DNA from: the human T2T-CHM13v2.0 reference genome, Homo sapiens
Direction: 5' to 3' (one strand)
Assembly: GCF_009914755.1 (NCBI RefSeq)
Contig: NC_060931.1
DNA: 64,000 nucleotides
The notes beneath the pieces were generated by a model. The model worked only from the letters and a program-made list of their open reading frames with translations, was not told the DNA's origin and made no database searches. A program made the position numbers and the translations under genes. This document shows positions 46,687-62,678 of this stretch, in pieces (positions within the stretch are counted from its first letter, which is position 1; each line of letters opens with the position of its first letter).

Positions 46687-47282
46687 TAGGTGTATAGGTT
46701 GGAGCATTTAAAGACTTGTAAACAAAGACTAACTGAATGTTTTCTGAAGGCCCATTTTCTGTCAATAAAATTCTGAATCATACTGAGACAAAGCAAATGC
46801 CTCATGTATGCAAAGCACTTGTGTTATGTATCCCTACTCAAATGTATTTCATTTACTTATGCATTAATAAAAGCATTTATTTAACAAATAATGATGGCTC
46901 CAGTTACTGTATTATACAAGTAAGTATAATAAAGTCTTTTTGTTGTTGTTGTTTGACCTTTAATCAACAGCTTGCAAGGTCTTTTAAATTCTAAATTTGA
47001 AGTTCATGCATGGTTCTATTGATAGCTCTGCTAGTTTCCAAGTGCTGCCATAGCAAACTATCACAAGCTGGGTAGCTTAAGGCAACAGAAATGTGTGGTT
47101 TCACAGTACTGGTAGCTAGAAGCAAGGTGTTGGCAGGGCCGTGCCCTCTTGAACTATAAAGGAAAACCAGTTTCATGCTTTTCTCTTAGCTTCTGGCGTC
47201 ACTAGAATCCCTTAACATTCTTTGGCTTGTATAACTCCAATTTCTGACTCTATCTTCCTTCTGCATGTGTCTCTTCTCTCTT

Positions 47283-47599
<317 letters not shown>

Positions 47600-47767
47600 T
47601 CTCTTCTCTTTTTGTAAAGACACCAATCATATCGAATTAGGGCTTGACCTCATAGTCTCATCTTAACATTACATCTGCAAAGATTTGGTTTCCAAATGAG
47701 GTCCCATGCACAGGTGTTAAGGCTTAGGAGTTAAAATGTATTCTCCCAAAATATATATTTAAGGAGG

Positions 47768-47996
47768 TGAAGGGACATGCAGAGGAAGCGAAAAAGGAAA
47801 GATAAATAATAAAGAAGGCCAGATGCCGTGGCTCACGCCTGTAATCCTAGCACTTTGGGAGGCCAAGGCAGGCGGATATCTTGAGGTCAGGAGTTTGAGA
47901 CCAGCCTGGCCAACATGGCAAAACCCCATCTCTTCTAAAAATACAAAAATTTGGGCTTGGTGGCGTGCACCTATAATCCCAGCTACCCAGGAGGCT
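47768..47996 (+). repeat. Inverted copy of about 49897-50139 (unique flank plus Alu 5' part)
   Basis: TGAAGGGACATGCAG.GGAAG...GGAAAGATAAA.AA.A.AGAAGGC matches the reverse complement of 50070-50139. Confidence 0.85.
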
Positions 47997-48367
47997 TCAG
48001 GAGATGAAGCCCTTCATCTCCTTAAACATATATTTTGGGAGGACACACTTTAAATGGTAACAGTAGCCCCAAAATGGAAGGGTCTGTTGATCTTAAAGAA
48101 GTGATATACTACTTTGTCTTGAAAAATGAGAAGGAGTTTGACAGACAAGGGAGAAAGAGAAAATCTGAATAAGAAAGACTGAATTGTTCTGTAGTTTATA
48201 AACATGAAACAGAATTGTGTGTTCAAGGAACCACCGTTGGTTCAGTGTGGCAGTATCGCAATACTTTAATGCACAGGCGGTGGTTGCTTGTCTCCCAGGT
48301 GGACTTCACTAATTACTTCTCCAACTATTTGCACTTGCCATTCTTCCATCAAGAAATGAAGTCTCTT

Positions 48368-49031
<664 letters not shown>

Positions 49032-49525
49032 CTATTCTTCCCCTCCCTTGACTCTAGGCTGGATTAGTGATTTGGCTTTTTTGACCAAGAGAATGGGGAA
49101 GAAGTGGCATTTTGAGTCCTCTGACACTATGTCATAATCTTGCAGCTTCTGCCTGGATCTTTTGAAACATTTGAAACATTCACTCTTAGAAGCCAGACAT
49201 TGCTATTTCCATTGCATCTAGACCAATACTTGCACAAAATAGGTCTCTAATAGGTATTTGTTGAAATGATATCTATTACAGAGACTGGAGAAGGAGAAAA
49301 GTAAAACAAGGCTTGATTCAAGTTTGCAGGGTTGTGAATGGCACTAGCCTTAAAGACCAGGAGCCTGGGAGAGAGCAGCTCATGAAGAAAACTTTAAATG
49401 ATTGACGTCATGGCCCAGGCTGGGTAGAGAAAGAAACAAGTTCTCCAGAGGGACAATGGGCTGGCATCAAGTGGAAGGCCCTGGGAATTGCTGGTCTCCA
49501 TGCAGTCAAAAGAATGTATATAGGG

Positions 49526-49825
49526 AGCCAGGTGCACTGGCTCATGCCTGTAATGTCAATACTTTGGGAGGCTGAGGCAGGAGAATTGTTTGAGCCCAGG
49601 AGATCGAGACCCACCTAGGCAGCATAGCAAGACCCAATCTCTACAAAAAATAAAAAATAGCTGGGTGCAGTGGCACATGCCTTTAGTCCCAGCTACTCAG
49701 GAGGCTGAGGCAAGAGAATCACCTGAGCCACAAGAGATTGAGGCTGCAGTGAGCTATGATTGCATCACTGCACTTCAATCTGGGCAACATGGCAAGTTCC
49801 TATCTCAATTAAAAAAAAAAAAAGA
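49526..49825 (+). mobile_element. AluJ-like SINE
   Basis: Diverged dimer with A-tail. Confidence 0.9.
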
Positions 49826-49852
49826 AGATACAAAGGGAGAGAAGGAAAAATA

Positions 49853-50071
<219 letters not shown>

Positions 50072-50187
50072 TTCTCTGTTGTTTATCTTTCTCTCTGTTG
50101 TTTATCTTTCCCTCTTTACTTCCCCTGCATGTCCCTTCAATGCCTTTGTTTTACTAGACACTCTGAGCTTCTTCTTAGACCTTCCAC

Positions 50188-50660
50188 ATTAGTTAGGGTT
50201 TTCTAAGGAAACAGAGCCTGTAAATATGTACATCTGGAATTTGCTTACGTGGTTATGGGGGCTGAGAAATCCTAGGATCTCCTTGTTGTCCTAGGCAACA
50301 AGATAAAGACCCAGGAGAGCTGGTGGTGTAGTTCCAGTTCATGTCTGAAAGCCTAAGAACCAGGAGAGCCAGTGGTGTAAGTTCCAGCCCAAGGGCAGGA
50401 GAAGACTAATATTCCAGCTCAAGCAGTCAGGCAGAGAGAAAAAATTCCTCCCTATTTTACCTTTTTCTTCTCTTCAGTTTCCCAATGGATTTGATGAAGT
50501 TCATCCACATGGAGGAGGGTAATCTTATCTACTCAGTCTACTAACTCAAATGATAGTCTCAGTGAGTAACACCCTCAGACACATCCAGAATAATGCTTAA
50601 CCAAATATCTGGGCACCCCATGGCCCAATCAAGTTGATACATAAAATGAACCATCACACA
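50188..50660 (-). mobile_element. MLT2 (ERVL) LTR
   Basis: ATTAGTTAGGGTTTTCT..GAAACAGA...CAAGTTGATACATAAAATGAACCATCACA. Confidence 0.85.
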
Positions 50661-51036
50661 CCCTTTCTTTTACTTCCACCACTGCCCCCTCTTAATTGAC
50701 CACCAAATGAGATGGAAAGTGTATATTTAATACTTGAAGACTAAAACTCTACATCTCATGTTTTTAATTTTACAATATAATAAGGCAAACATATTCTTTC
50801 TAGATTACAAAAACATCTAAATAAAGTTGCTTTTTGTATACATCTCTGATGATCTTTTTGTGGGGAAATCAGTGCTTCAGATTCTGGAAGATGTTTCCAT
50901 ACTTCTGGTCCATCCAGGTCTTCTGTTCATCATGTGCTCATGGCCAATTCTACCTAGGTCTGGATCTCCAGCATTGACCAGAACTAAATCTCTGTGTGTG
51001 TGTGTGTGTGTGTGTTTGTGTATCAGTTGAAACTAT

Positions 51037-51414
51037 TGTATTAGTCCATTTTCACACTGCTAATAAAGACATATCCGAGACTGGGCAATTTACAAAAGAC
51101 AGAGAGTTTTAATGGACTTACAGTTCCACGTGGCTGGTGAGGCCTCATAATCATGATGAAAGACAAGGAGGAGCAAGTCATATCTTACATGGATGGCATC
51201 AGGCAAAAGGAGAGTTTGTGCAGGGAACCTCCCATTTTTAAAACCATCAGGTCTCATGAGACTTACTCACTTTCAGGAGAACAGCACAGGAAAGAGCCTG
51301 CCCCCCCCACCATGATTCAATTACCTCCCACCAGGTTCCTCCCATGAAACGTGGGAATTGTGGGAGTTACAATTCAAGATGAGATTTGGGCGGGGACACA
51401 GGAAAATCATATCA
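51037..51414 (-). mobile_element. THE1B-like solo LTR
   Basis: TGTATTAGTCCATTTTCACACTGCTAATAAAGAC...CATATCA; TSD (A/T)CTAT. Confidence 0.93.
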
Positions 51415-51809
51415 TCTATCAAGCATAAATTTTTTTAAATTCTGTAATTGGTTGCTTTGTTTTTCATAAAAACACCCAAGCAACTAATTGTTTAGTTATC
51501 TTTTGTAAATTGGCAAGTTTAAATCCAGCAAATTATTTCTCACTTCAAGTATTAATATTTGATCTGTCCACAGGTAAGAAAACTGAAGCAGGTATGTCAT
51601 GCTTTTCCAACCATCACTCAGCCAATTAATAGTAAAGCCAGGCTAGTGGCTCTTTCTATCTGAGGTGTATAACTCTACCTGAGGGGTTCATCTTTGCTGG
51701 TTTTCTTGCTCCCACTGCCTGCTCTCAATTATTCCCAATACCATACTATACATAAATCTACATAATTTTTGACTTTTGAATAATAGACATGCTTGAAATT
51801 GAAATTGAA

Positions 51810-52135
51810 GGGCCAGGTGCAAGTGGTTCTTGCCTGTAATGCCAGTGCTTTAGGAAGTTGAGGTGGGAGAATCGCTTGAGACCAGTATAAAGAAAGGAGG
51901 AAGGAAAGAAGGAAGGAAGGAAGGAAGGAAGGAAGGAAGGAAGGAAGGAAGGAAGGAAGGAGAAGGGGAAGGGGAAGGGAAGGGAAAGGAAAGGAAGGGA
52001 AGGGAGGGAGGGAGGGAAGAAGGAAGGAAGGAAGGAAAAAAGGACAGGAAGGGAGGGAAGAAGGAAGGGAGGGAGGACAGGAAGGGAGGAAGGAGAGAGA
52101 GAGAGAAAGAAAGAAAAATAGAAAAGAAAGAAAAA
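51810..52135 (+). repeat. FLAM fragment followed by GA-rich tract containing (GGAA)12 at 51911-51958
   Basis: Direct observation. Confidence 0.9.
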
Positions 52136-52139
52136 GTAT

Positions 52140-52400
52140 TATAGTATGGTATGTATATTTTACACATAAATCTAATTGTGCCACTTCCTTACTCAGATGG
52201 CTTTTTATGTCACACAGAATAAAATTCAAAACCTTTGCTATGACCTACAAGACCCTACATGATCTGGTTCTGCCTCTTTCTTAGACCTCATCTTCTACCT
52301 CTTCCCCGCTCACTCATCTCAGTCTAGCCACACCCACCTTTCTGCTGATCTATAAACACACACGAAGGTCGTTTGTGCCTCTGGGCCACCGCACTTGCTA
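52140..52400. mobile_element. L2 fragment
   Basis: AGAATAAAATTCAAAACCTT..GACCTACAAGACCCTACATGATCTGG. Confidence 0.75.
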
Positions 52401-52953
52401 CCCTAAGGAAGCATTCCATTTTAAGAACAAAGTTTTATTTAAAATTCAGTGCATCACATAGTTAATTACTACAGGTAAAAACTGGAAAAAATACAGCTGC
52501 CAATTCTAGGATAGTACAATAAAATGCTAATGAGTCATTAAATTTAATGTTGTAAAACAGAACTAGCTAAAACCATGAATTTATCCTCAGAATATTCACA
52601 ACCTAGTGGATGATAATAGGTTAATAAACAACTAGTGTAGTGTGATAAATATAACTATAAAATAATTTACAGCATGGAAATTGAGAAGAACTCAAGGAAA
52701 GGAGTATGGTATAGCAACATCAAAGTTGGGGTTTCACAGGTTGAATAGGAGTTTGTTATGCAGATAGGAAAGGAGCACTATCATAACATCAGAGAAAATG
52801 GCAAGTGCAAAGAGCTGGAATTCCAAAACAGCCTAATCTTTTGGGGGAGAAATAAGCACTTCCATTTGCTACAGCAGGGGGCGCAAGAGGGAGTGGGGAA
52901 CCAGACCATTGTGTGGCTCTCTCTGGACCCTTCCTCGGACCTCCTGAAGGCTA

Positions 52954-53220
<267 letters not shown>

Positions 53221-53494
53221 CTAGGAAAGGCTCGGGCCCACCTGTAAGTTGTACAAATGCTGGTATGTTTGAGTTCTGGCACTTTTTTTTCTTAAAGTTT
53301 CCATCTCTCTGCTGAGATTACCTGTCTGAGCTTGCATTTGTCTACTTCTTCATTTGAATCTTGAATATATTAATCATGCATATTTTAAATTTCCCATCTT
53401 GATAGTTCCAACATCTTTGTCATAGCTGAGTCTGGTTCTGATGATTGTTTGGTCTCTTTGGACGCTTTTTTTTACTTTTTCTTTTTTTGTGTGT

Positions 53495-53790
53495 GTGATG
53501 GAGTCTCGCACTTGTCGCCCAAGCTGGAGTGCAGTGGTGTGCTCAGCTCACTGCAACCTCTGCCTCCTGGCTTCAAGTGATTCTCCTGCCTCAGCCTCCT
53601 GAGTGGCTGGGATTACAGGTGCTCACCACCACGCCCGGCTAATTTTTGTATTTTTAGTAGAGATGGGGTTTCGCCATGTTGGCCAGGCTGGTCTCGAACT
53701 CCTGATCTTAGGTGATCCACCCGCCGAGATGGTGCCATTGCACTCCAGCCTGGGCAACAAAAGCGAAACTCCATCTCAAAATAATAATAA
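53495..53790. mobile_element. Fused head-to-head Alu pair (minus Alu joined to plus Alu 3' end)
   Basis: Junction GGTGATCCACCCGCC|GAGATGGTGCCATTGCACTCC. Confidence 0.88.
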
Positions 53791-54228
53791 CAATAATAAA
53801 TACAAATAAATGTCCTTGCCCCTCTCCAGATGGAACAAGCCTAGGATTTATTCCTCTCCTAGGACTGAGCTTTTTAACATTTTCCTGTTCCATGCCCTCA
53901 ATTAAAATTGGTTGCCACCCACGCCCTCAGGATACAGTTTTTCTCATTCTACCCTGCTGCAGATAAGACCTTTTTTCTTTAGAGGAGACTGGGTAGACAG
54001 GTCTGAATGGAGTTTCTGCTCCTTCTTTCAGCCAGCACACTTGAGAAGCTTGTCAGCATCCTCCTTATCTTCCTCATGAGCAGCGGGATGCCTGAAACAA
54101 ACCAGGTGCATACCTCCCTATATCTGCAGCCCCTATGGATGTCCCACGGGTATGCTAGGCTGCACTAAGAAGTTTTAGCAATGTAGTTTAGCTTTTAGAT
54201 ACTTCCCTAGACACCAGGCTGGAGTGCA

Positions 54229-54357
54229 GTGGCTGCACCACATTCCATTATGGCTTACTGCAGCCTCAACCTCTCAGGCTCAAGCAGTCCTCTTGCCTCA
54301 GCCTCCCAAATAGCTGGGATTGCAAGTGTGAGCCACTGTGACCTTAATTCTGTCTCT
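54229..54357 (+). repeat. Copy A of a direct duplication (Alu-monomer piece plus unique flank)
   Basis: Matches 55774-55902 including non-Alu ACCTTAATTCTGTCTCT. Confidence 0.9.
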
Positions 54358-55078
54358 AGCTAGCAGAATCTAGCAGAATCTTCTTACCCACTTATATGGC
54401 ATCAGGTGACATCTGCTCAGGTAAGCAAATGCTCAGATTTGTTTTTCCTGGATGTCTGCAGACATACATCTCTCTCTAGAGTCCATGTTAGTTCTTTGCC
54501 CTGCAATCTTGGTTTTCTGATGATCTCAAAGAAAAGCAATTAATTTTCAATTTGTCCAGATTTTTTTTTTTTTGTAAAAGTGGGAGAGATGCTCTTCCCA
54601 GTACTTTGTATCTCTGAGCTCAGTTGCTGGTATAGTTAGATCAGAACCTTCCCTCAGTTGCTATCTGTCTGTGTCCAAGGATTTGGCATGGAAACAAATG
54701 ATTCTGTGTTCCCTACTTCTCTTCTGCCAAAGCTTCTATTGGAATTTCTACCTGCCTCCTTCAAATAGCTAACCCCATGTGATGGCAGAATTTTGCAGAA
54801 GGCTACATGCTGCGGATATATCATAGACACTGCTGAGGCAGAAAAGCAGTGTACTATCAGATTCCTCTGAGCATCTGAAATCAGCTTTCAAAATGTCAAA
54901 CAGCCTTTTGATGCTCTGCTGCTCCCATGAGCAACATTATAATTTTCCTCTGAGGGAGACTGAGGGCATGGAATTGGTGCTAGTCTTTATCCAGATAGGT
55001 CAATACGGTATTTATTAAACACCCATTATGCACCTCAGGTGATTCTGGGCTCTATGGAGGTCTATGGACCATGACCCT

Positions 55079-55496
55079 TGTTAAATTGAGATTAGCCTAA
55101 AGCTGCCTCCTTACATATTTGAAGTTTGACCTAAAAGTTTCTCTGTCCATAGTGAACTGTAACCTGCATGGGTGTGTAAACAGACTGTAACCTACTCTTG
55201 TGCCAATCACTGAGTTTCAGCCAATCAAAAGCGGCCAGCTGTTCAAACCCTGTTCAAATAAGGCAAATGCTGAGCTGTAACCAATCCAGAGATTTCTATA
55301 CCTCACTTCCATTTTCTCTACATCACTTTCCTTTTTCTGTCCATAAATCTTCTTCCACCACATTGCTGCACTGGAGCCTCTCTGAATCTATTCGGGTTCA
55401 GGAGTTGCCAGATTCAAGAATTGTTTTTTACTCAGTTAATATCTGTTCAATTTAATTTGTCTAAGTTTTATTTTTTATTTTATTTTTTTTTAAACA
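55079..55496 (+). mobile_element. MER57-type ERV1 solo LTR
   Basis: TGTTAAATT.AG.TTAGCCTAAAGCTGCCTCCTTACATATTT..; CCAATC boxes; ends AACA; TSD C(C/T)CT. Confidence 0.88.
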
Positions 55497-55773
55497 CTCT
55501 GTTCTCAAACTTTTGGGTGAGAAAGGCAGTAATCCAGGCCCTTAGCTATGTGGGTTAAAGTGCTCATAGATTACAGCTGCCAGGATAGTCTCTAAAACTA
55601 TCAAGCTCATAAGTGAGAAGACTCTTAGCCTTGTAAATGTAGCCCAAGCAAGATCTCAGATATTCACCAGCAGTAGGTAGGCTACCGCTCATTTATTTCT
55701 GATAGATCCCCTGACTTCCCTGTTACTAATCTAAGCTTATTTCATGGCAATGACAACTTGGCTTTTAGACAAC

Positions 55774-55902
55774 GTGGCTGCACTGCACTCCATCACGGCT
55801 CACTGCAGCCTCAACCTCTCAGGCTCAAGCAATCCTCCTGACTCAGCCTCCCAAATAGCTGGGATTGCAAATGTGAGCCACCGTGACCTTAATTCTGTCT
55901 CT
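55774..55902 (+). repeat. Copy B of the direct duplication
   Basis: Matches 54229-54357. Confidence 0.9.
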
Positions 55903-56071
55903 TTCTTCCAAGACAGAATCAAATACTTACACTTCTCCAATGATGACTTCTCAGTGATGAACTCCATACACTCAGTTTCATGTTTGTTATAGTCTCCACG
56001 TCTCTTTTCCATTTTATTTTATAATTGCATTATACTGATCTAGCTGTCTGTTATAGGGTAACCTTGCATCA

Positions 56072-56536
<465 letters not shown>

Positions 56537-57751
56537 TTAGAGGCATGATATTTGGAGTTATACCAATGTGGATTCCAATGCAAGCTCCACCCATTACTAA
56601 CTGGGTGACTTTGAGAAAATGACTCAACACCACTGAGTCTCAACTTCATTGCTGTAAATGAGGATCACACTGTATGTTTGAGTTAAAGCACTTGGCACAC
56701 CATCTAGCCCATAAAACATACTCAATAAATTTAAATAGCTTTTATAATTATAACTGATACTGTAAGTGGGCTTTGGAATGGCAAAGGCAGATGGCAAATG
56801 GCAAAGGAAAGAGTCCAGTTGCTAACACAGTGAAGCCACAGTTGGAAAAAGAAGAGAAACAAGATTAAATTTCTGCCCAGCTGAATGCTTCATTCACATA
56901 GACTTCTGGCTGAACTGCAATGTAGCCCAGGTGAGACATTTCAACAACCTCGTGTTCTTCTGCTTCTGGTCCATTTTTCTTTGCTGATGCAGAAGGAAGG
57001 ATAGACGCTAATATTTCCTAAAGCCTCCTATGCACCAGCCACCATGCTAGGTACTTTTACTTGCATTCTTCTTTATTTATCACTTGCCTTCCCCTCTATT
57101 GTCCCAGCCTCCATAGCAGTCAATGAAGAGGCCGGGGCACTGGTATCATAAACTCCTTTCTGAATACTCATTCGAGCAAGCCGTCTACACTACTCACTGA
57201 ATGTGTATTAATGTGAGAATCCTGCTGGGTGGATGTAGACATTCACTCCCTCAAAGTTTTCCTGTAAGTTAGCTCCCAGAACATTCTGCCTTAGGGTATT
57301 GCTATTGCAGTCACATGCCAGAATGATAAATAATCTGAACAAGCTTTCTCAGGTGCAATATTTATGGTTGAGTTTGAAGCAAAGAACAGTCAGAAGCAGT
57401 GGGGAAAAACTAATTTACTGTAATGTCACCCTGGATATATAGCAAATAGCTGTAAACAAGTATGTACAACATAATTAAAACTATGATAACATTATAAAAT
57501 AGGATGATGGCTAGTTAGAGAGGAAGATCTATCAAGTAGGAACCCGTGTATATCACTTGAAATATTGCCTCAATTACTTCAAGTCGTCAGCTCCGGCTCC
57601 TCATCTCAAAAACAATCCTTACAAATGCAAACTTAAAATGACAAGTGCTGTTCGTTTCTAGCCCTGGTTTCCTTTCCTTGTACCTGTCCACAGGAATTGC
57701 TCTTCAGCATCTGTTGAACAAACATCAGCAAGACAAGGATAATACTCAAAT

Positions 57752-58049
57752 TTCTTTTTTTTTTTCTGAGACCGAGTCTCACTGTGTTGCCCAGGCTGGA
57801 GTGCAATGGCGTGATCTTGGCTCACTGCAACCTCCACTTCCCGAGTTCAAGCGATTCTTCTGCCTCAGCCTCCTAAGTAGCTGGGATTACAGGCACCCAC
57901 CACTATGCTCAGTTAATTTTTGTATTTTTAGTAGAGACAGGGTTTCACCATGTTGGCCAGGCTGGTCTTGAACTCCTGACCTCAAGTGATCTGCCCGCCT
58001 CAGCCTCCCAAAGTGCTGGGATTACAGGTGTGAGCCACTGTGCCTAGCC
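57752..58049 (-). mobile_element. AluSx-like SINE
   Basis: Reverse-complement dimer. Confidence 0.95.
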
Positions 58050-59097
58050 TATACTAAAACTCTACCTTGTCTCATCCCTGACTCCTCAGTGGATCTTAGC
58101 ATAAAAGCTGAGCTAGAGAAAGCATCCTTAAATACCCCAAGGTAAAACACCCAGGAATACGTATGCACAAAAGCATGTGGGGAAAATAAAAGCCAGTGGA
58201 ATGGTTCATTAATAAACACAATTAATTTACTTATACCGTTCCAGCAGATGAAACAATTCTCTGATTGCAAAGCAGCTCAGACAATCAGCGGGTAATGTGA
58301 AAAACCAAGGCTTCCTGGTGATCCCACAAGAGAGATAAGCTGGATCTCTCCTGGCTGAGCTGTGGATTTTCCAGCCCTGCCTTTTGCCCAGCCCTGTGTG
58401 TCAGCCCTTGCACACATAGCTCTAGGTTATCAAAGAAAACCTTTTAAAATCTTACAGAACTTAGAGAGGAGATATTATCTCTAACTTGTGAACCACTCCG
58501 TCCAAGCTATTCCCTGTGTCTGACTTCTGGTTCCTTCCAGCTATGAAACTTTCGTTTTTCTCCCCTTCCTTAATACCTCAATGCAAAGACAAAGCACTTA
58601 GCTCACTTTTCATAGCTATAATCAGGGTTCTTCTCACTCATTTACTGCTTTTTATTATCTGTAGCAGCTTGAGGAACCACTCCTACCTGATGAATTCAGT
58701 ATCTAGAACTTTCTATCATTCATTTATTTGAAGTGCAACTTCCCCAAAGCTTTTCTTCAGCTCTGGTTCCTCAAGTAAAGATCAGGCACCTGTTGCCTAC
58801 CTGTTTTGTTTAGGTAGGCATACCTAAACAATACTAAGTAAATTTATGAGTATGTTTTGTTTAGGTTTTCTATAGGATGCCCTGGTGCTCCCAGCCAACC
58901 CAATTTTCTGCTGCTATCCTTACTATATGCAAATTCTGAATTAATACAATACATATTTTCATTGTCCTTACCATGACTTACTGGAAATATTCTTTCTCTT
59001 TCCTTTCATTCATTCAGATGTTGCCCAAACTGCCTGTTCCAATTCCAATTTATCTCTTTTATAAAACTACCCTCACTTGTCTGTCCTCAGCCAAGCT

Positions 59098-59438
<341 letters not shown>

Positions 59439-59969
59439 TAAAGTTTCCTGAGAACAAGGATCACATCTCAGAATGTTTCTTCTCTTAATGCCTAATAAAA
59501 ATGTCAGCCCACAGTGGGCACTCAACAAACTCTTTTGATTGAACTAGGAGTAATGTTTGGCAATTATAGGATTTCATCTGGGAGCCATATAAAAATAACT
59601 TTCTAGCAATAAATGTTGGACCAAACAAAGAATTAATCTGTGTATCAATTGGGGTTTCATTCAGGGACCACCAAGGATGGGTATCCTGTTGATCACCCTC
59701 TGGATTTGGACTGAGGTTCGAAGTCCTCAGTCTTACCATTGAAGGAGAGAAGCAATGATCAATTGGGAAGTCAGGAAGAGTAGATAAAAAGAATAAGAGC
59801 TCACACTCACTGCATGATACCTATCAGGGACAGTTCAGGGCACTTTACATTTAGTAAATTATGTAATCTATACAGCAACCTTAGGAGGTTTATCACTCCA
59901 TTTTTTAAATGAAGAAATAAGAGACGGAGAGGTTAAGCAAATGGCCTAAGGTCATGGAGCTACGAAGTT

Positions 59970-61205
59970 GTGTGTTAGTCCATTTGTGCTGTTATAACAA
60001 AATACCTGAGACTGAGTAAAGAAGAAGAATTTCTTTCTTGTAGTTCTAGGGGCTGTGAAGTTCAAGATCAAGAGCCCAGGAGATTTAATGTCTAGTAAGG
60101 GCTCACTGCTTCTAAGATGGCATCTGGTGGCTGTGTTCTCACATGGAAGGAGAGTGGAAGAAAGGAACCCACTCCCTCAAATCCTTTCATAACAGCTTTA
60201 ATCCCATTCATAAGGCTTCTAATCTTATGACTTAATCACCTCCTAAAGGCCCCAACTCTCAAATCACATTGAGTTTCAACATGTAAATCTGGGGGGACAC
60301 ATTCAGACCATAGCTTTCCACCCTTGGGCCCCAAATTCATGTTCTTCTTACATGCAAAATCCATTCCTTCAATTCCAGTAGTCCCCAAAGTCAACTAATT
60401 CCAGTAGTCATTCAAAAGTTCAAAGTCCATATGTACTAGGGTTCTCTAGAGGGACAGAGCTAATAGGATACATATATATAAAGGGTAGTTTATTAAGGAG
60501 TATTGACTCACAAGATCACAAGGTCCCACAATAGGCCATCTGCAAGCTGAGGAGCAAGGAAGTTAGTCTGAGTCCCAAAGCTGAAGAACTTGGAGTCGGA
60601 TGTTTGAGGGCAGGAAGCATCCAGCACAGGAGAAAGACTGAGGACGGGAGATAAAGCCAGTCTAGTCCTTCCACATTCCTCTGCCTGCTTTTATTTTGGC
60701 TGTGCTGGCAGCTGATTAGATTGTGCCCACCCAGATTGAGGGTGGGTCTGCCTTTCCTACTCCACTGACCCAAATGTTAATCTCCTTTGGCAACACCCTC
60801 GCAGACACACCCAGGAACAATACTTTGCATCCTTCCATCCAATCAAATTGACACTCAATATTCACCATCACACCACAGTTTTATCAAAATCAGGTATGAG
60901 TAATACTCAAGGTAAGATTCTAAAGCAAATACCCAGACTCAAGTCTTTCGTTTTAACAGCACAAGGACTCTCCTAAGCCAAATAACTGTCTAGCTGTGAA
61001 CCTGTGAGATTAAAAATGTATATACTTCCAAAATACGCTGATGGGACAGGCATAGGGTAGACATTCCCATTTCAAAAGGAAACAGGAGAAAAGAAGAAAG
61101 AGATAACAGGTCCAAAGTACATCCAAATCCTAATAAGGCAAACAACATCAAATCTTGAGGTTTGAGAATAATCTTCTTTGACTCTATGTCCTGCCTTCTG
61201 GACAC
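59970..61205 (-). mobile_element. MST/MLT1A LTR plus MaLR internal fragment, interrupted by MLT2A
   Basis: TGTGTTAGTCCATTTGTGCTG...CATTCAGACCATAGC, then CCCCAAATTCATGTTCTTCT internal and CATAGGGTAGACATTCCCATTTCAAAAG. Confidence 0.8.
60431..60872 (-). mobile_element. MLT2A LTR
   Basis: AGGGTTCTCTAGAGGGACAGA.CTAATAGGATA...TTGACACTCAATATT.ACCATCACA. Confidence 0.92.
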
Positions 61206-61566
61206 ATTATTTCCCTGGAAAAACCTGATATCAAATCAATATCACTAAGGCAATAAAGTTATAAGCCCTCAAAGATAAAGAAAAGAAGTGAAAGCATGGC
61301 CAAGCAAAAAATATCTACTTTCTTTTACAAAGAACAAAATCAGGCCAAGTATTAAACAATCAAAACTGTTATAAACAATGACAACTTGGAAATTAGATAA
61401 TTAACTGAAAATAAAAGCAAAAAGAAGAAATTCATCAAAAGGTAATATTGCTACCCTGGTTTATTCATCTTTTATAATTGGGCATCAAATTACATTATTT
61501 GAAACTGATCAATTAAGTATATTTTTAAAACAAATAATAACATAAAGTCAGAAAAAAGGGAATTCC

Positions 61567-61984
<418 letters not shown>

Positions 61985-62358
61985 TTACTGCTTATTTTAA
62001 TTAGGCAAATGGGAATTTTTGCACTGTTTTCCCATCAGGATAAAGGAAAATGTATTTAGATGAAGTCTAAATGAATGGATGCTATATTTGCATATGGGAT
62101 GCAAGAAAATGAGAGATGAGCTTGGATCACCTATTCCTGTGGAGTTTGAGTGATATCTCTTACTGATTTTTTGTTGAATCTGGGAGCCACAAATGGAAGT
62201 CTTCTCATATTTAATGCTGTGGGGCTAGGGGGAGAGTGAGAGACAAGGTGCAGACTCCAAATAAAGGATAAAAAGGAAATCAAAGATGCCAAGGTGGAAG
62301 TGAAGCAAAACAGGTGAATGGATGATAAGTTTGGAAAAAAAACTTAAATAGGATATGA

Positions 62359-62678
<320 letters not shown>

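Noticed and set aside
51729-52229. 166-aa LPSF-repeat ORF
   Set aside because: Translation of a GGAA/TTCC microsatellite
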